Under the pieces are notes generated by a model. The model saw nothing but the letters and a program-made list of their open reading frames with translations, was not told the origin of the DNA and made no database searches. A stretch of DNA of 63,997 bases, counting the filler, from Malassezia furfur (taxonomy: Eukaryota): NCBI GenBank assembly GCA_052055015.1. It is 3 parts of 3 records of this genome, joined end to end, with 100 filler letters (N's around TTAATTAATTAA, not from the genome) between each part and the next. Parts side by side here need not be neighbours in the genome. Positions count along the whole stretch, not along the records: positions 45,894 to 63,997 come from JBQJIT010000213.1; 2 more parts are not named here. One strand, written 5' to 3'. Positions 61,399 through 63,997 of the stretch are shown here, piece after piece. Numbering within the stretch: position 1 is the first letter of the stretch; each line of letters starts with the position of its first letter. The translations under genes and the position numbers were made by a program.

Positions 61399-62706
61399 AT
61401 GATCGCGATTTATCGTTACCTTGCACTGATGTTTGCGTTCTCTGCGCTGGCGAACTGTGGTGTGGTGTACCGCGGTTCGAAGTGGGAGGCCGACGTGTTT
61501 GAGCGCCGCGGCCTCCGCGCTCGCCAGGCTTCCGACTCGTCGAGTTCGAGCTCCTCCTCCTCGTCGGGCTCGTCCTCGTCGTCTTCCAGCTCGGCTGCGA
61601 GCTCCAGCTCGGGTTCGAGCAATGTTCCCTCCTTCCAGTACGGCAACCCCAACCCCAACTACCCCGGTGTCAAGGCCACTGGTCCCAACGGCCCTACGAA
61701 CCCCGATGAGCCCAGCCTCAACACCCCGATCAACCAGACCTCGGTTGCGCGTCTTGCGTCGCTGAACAGCGTGGACGACTGGTGCACGTTCGGTCCTCTG
61801 GACAACACCGAGACCCTCGGTAACGTCGAGGACCGCACCGTTGCGTGGTGCACCAAGCCGCGTAACAACGCGCGTGTGATTCCCGATGGTACGGTGACGG
61901 CCGCGCACTTTGTCAAGACGCCGCTGTACGTCCAGGTGATGGCGCGCGGTGACTTTACCAAGATTGGTTTCCAGGAGGGCGACACGGGAGGTGAGCTCGA
62001 CCCCCACGGTGCCACGGGCAAAGGTAACCCTGTTGGTGGCAATGTGACGTCGAACGTCACGGGCCAGGATGTCTTCTACGAGGAGTGGATGAACTACGTG
62101 GGTAGCACCATCATGTGCTTCCGTATCTGCATTGCTGGCTCGGACGAGGCGCCGCCCAAGACTGAGTGCCAGCACACGCTCGACGAGATGGGCTGCTGGA
62201 ACATTATGCCCGGCAACTACGACGACAACATGTTCGAGTCGTGTGATGCCGATGCTGCCTACCCGCCGGGTATCTATGTGTCGGACGGCTCGACCTCGTC
62301 GTTCCAGCAGTACGCCACGGGTATCTGGACCGACGATGGTCAGATCAAGACCTACACGAACGGTGTGTCGACGCAGGTCACCCCGACGACTGCCATGTCG
62401 ACGCCGAGCTCGTCGAACTGCCAGACTGTCTCGACGATTGCCAACGGCATCCAGTCGATTATCCCCACCTCTTCGTCGTCGTCTGCCTCGGGCAGCTCGG
62501 GCTCTTCGAACGGCGGTGGCGCCGCGGCGGCTGCGAGCTCCACCGGCAGTGGCAGCAGCGACAGCGGCAACAGCGGCAGCAGCAGCGGCAGCAGCAGCAG
62601 CAGCAGCGGCTCGTCGAACAACAACGGCGTGGCCTCTCTGCGTCCTGCCATGATTCCGGCCATGGTGGCTGCTGCGGCTGTTCTGCTGGGCTCCCTTGTC
62701 CTGTAA
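61399..62706 (+). CDS. MP88-like GPI-anchored mannoprotein, copy 3
   Basis: Same architecture and motifs; ATG 61399 gives the signal peptide MIAIYRYLALMFAFSALANC. Confidence 0.82.
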   Translation: MIAIYRYLALMFAFSALANCGVVYRGSKWEADVFERRGLRARQASDSSSSSSSSSSGSSSSSSSSAASSSSGSSNVPSFQYGNPNPNYPGVKATGPNGPTNPDEPSLNTPINQTSVARLASLNSVDDWCTFGPLDNTETLGNVEDRTVAWCTKPRNNARVIPDGTVTAAHFVKTPLYVQVMARGDFTKIGFQEGDTGGELDPHGATGKGNPVGGNVTSNVTGQDVFYEEWMNYVGSTIMCFRICIAGSDEAPPKTECQHTLDEMGCWNIMPGNYDDNMFESCDADAAYPPGIYVSDGSTSSFQQYATGIWTDDGQIKTYTNGVSTQVTPTTAMSTPSSSNCQTVSTIANGIQSIIPTSSSSSASGSSGSSNGGGAAAAASSTGSGSSDSGNSGSSSGSSSSSSGSSNNNGVASLRPAMIPAMVAAAAVLLGSLVL

Positions 62707-63191
62707 AGAATGGACGTCACTCGCGTAAAGTCAAGACAATTCCATTTCTTGTTATATAATTGTATTTTGGATTCCTCGATCCTCTATCGCGATCCATAGT
62801 ACCCTGAAAAAAGGATGCGCGTTTTTTTGGGTGCCTGTCAGGCGGCGTGGAGAGCGAAATTAATTAAAGTTTCGATCTGGCACCGCCTCGTGTTCCGCCG
62901 TCAGGGCCGGGTCTCCGCGCCGCGACCGACGCGTTTTATCACGTGACTCTACCGGACGGGGGCGGCGCGAAGGAATTCGACGGCGCGTGTCGGCATAGCT
63001 CGTCTCGGCGGCTGGGCGGGTCTGGTGCACACATCCCGCATACATCGCTAGGCATCACCGTAGAAGTTTGTATACTGAAGTTGTCTGTATGTTGCGCGAC
63101 CTTGCTCGCGGGCTGGTGGGCCATACTGGGTGTGCGTCTGGCGTCGGGCCACGCACGTGGCAATCACGCGAAGCAACGCACGTCCATCGCG

Positions 63192-63793
63192 ATGGCGAAC
63201 CGGATGTGGACGACGGCGTTCCCCCGCGCTGCGCGGATGCCGGCGATCCGGCCAGGCTCGAGTGCACCTGTGCGGTTTATGTCGTCGCGGCCGCCGCAGC
63301 CCGGCCGCTGGGACCCGCACGTCACGCGCGTCAAGTCGCCGATCCCCAAGCTCCCTGTATGTCGTGTGCTCTGACGCAGAACAACAAGCCGTACTATATT
63401 GCTGGGGGTGCCACGATCGTGGTGATGTGGTATGTACTGTCGTCCTACCTGAATAACAAGGAGCGTCTCGGCTCCTCGGTGCTGCGCACTGTTTCGCACC
63501 GGGTGAAGGACGCTCCCGAGGTGCATGCGCTCGTGGGCCAGCCCGTGCAGCTGAAGCGGAGTGCGTTTGGCGATCCGTGGATCGAGGGCATCATCAACCC
63601 CGTCAAGGGCAAAGTCGACATGAGCTTCCAAGTGCAAGGGCCGCAGGGTGCAGCGACCGTCTATTTCACGTCGGTGCGCAAGGCCAAGGGAGAGCCGTTC
63701 GAGGTGCTACGGTTCCTGGTCGTGCCCGACGGCGACTCGACGCGGGCCGTGTCGCTGCTTTCGGGCGGATCTCCTCAGCATGTGGTCGTATGA
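63192..63793 (+). CDS. COA1: Cytochrome c oxidase assembly factor 1 family; 23-nt intron at 63357-63379
   Basis: Presequence-like N-terminus, single TM, NKERLGSSV, PWIEGIINPVKGKVDMSFQVQGPQG.ATVYFTSVR. Confidence 0.8.
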
Positions 63794-63800
63794 TAGACAG

Positions 63801-63997
63801 CTAGATATACGGCGGCGCGAATCCCGTCATGCGCAGCGGCCACGCTGCGCGCGCAACGCTTCCAGCGCCCACCGACGGCGTCTGTACAATCGTGTGCGGG
63901 TGCGGTGCATGCGCTTTTGGCGGCGCGAGGTCGTGCATCTGTGCGCGCACGGGCACGGGGTATAGCAGCGAGCCGCGGCGCCGCGGCGCAGCGGGCG
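63801..63997 (-). CDS. Possible 3' end of a gene entering from the right edge (...WPLRMTGFAPPYI*)
   Basis: Open minus-strand frame ending at TAG 63803-63801, 8 nt from the COA1 stop, like other convergent pairs here. Confidence 0.35.
   Translation of the reverse strand, partial: PAAPRRRGSLLYPVPVRAQMHDLAPPKAHAPHPHTIVQTPSVGAGSVARAAWPLRMTGFAPPYI

Noticed and set aside
62828..62890. GGGTGCC...GATCTGG hairpin region resembling a TPP riboswitch
   Set aside because: It lacks the CTGAGA and ATACC/GAACCTGAT core, and there is no thiamine gene nearby

Overview
Eukaryotic, GC-rich and extremely compact basidiomycete yeast DNA, most consistent with Malassezia (my inference from gene content, compaction and intron size). 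The window is three contigs joined by artificial 100-nt spacers (44 N + TTAATTAATTAA + 44 N at 23033-23132 and 45794-45893), so neighbours across the spacers are not necessarily linked. It holds about 36 protein-coding genes or gene fragments. Most are housekeeping genes: HAP2, VPS13, MRPL4, an NRAMP transporter, coronin, DPH5, GPATCH1, MYG1, ZPR1, an MFS transporter, a DHHC palmitoyltransferase, REV7, TEN1, DUS1, RPT6, ELP4, ORC4, CTR9, SCL1, NOP56, actin, EMC5, NDUFAF7, a PNUTS-like protein, MRPS16 and COA1. It also contains a gap-truncated iterative type I PKS and three tandem MP88-like GPI-anchored mannoprotein genes. The most striking signal is a population of ultra-short spliceosomal introns: of 39 introns I reconstructed by hand, 31 are 21-28 nt and six are exactly 21 nt, with a near-fixed GTRYGT...CTNAY-NYAG layout. 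Removing them reveals genes the ORF track does not show intact (TEN1, EMC5, a BCL7-like microprotein, full REV7). Other signals are a CACGTG box close to many start codons, abutting or overlapping convergent stop codons, candidate non-AUG mitochondrial extensions (MYG1, DUS1) and a 1-nt frameshift in VPS13.
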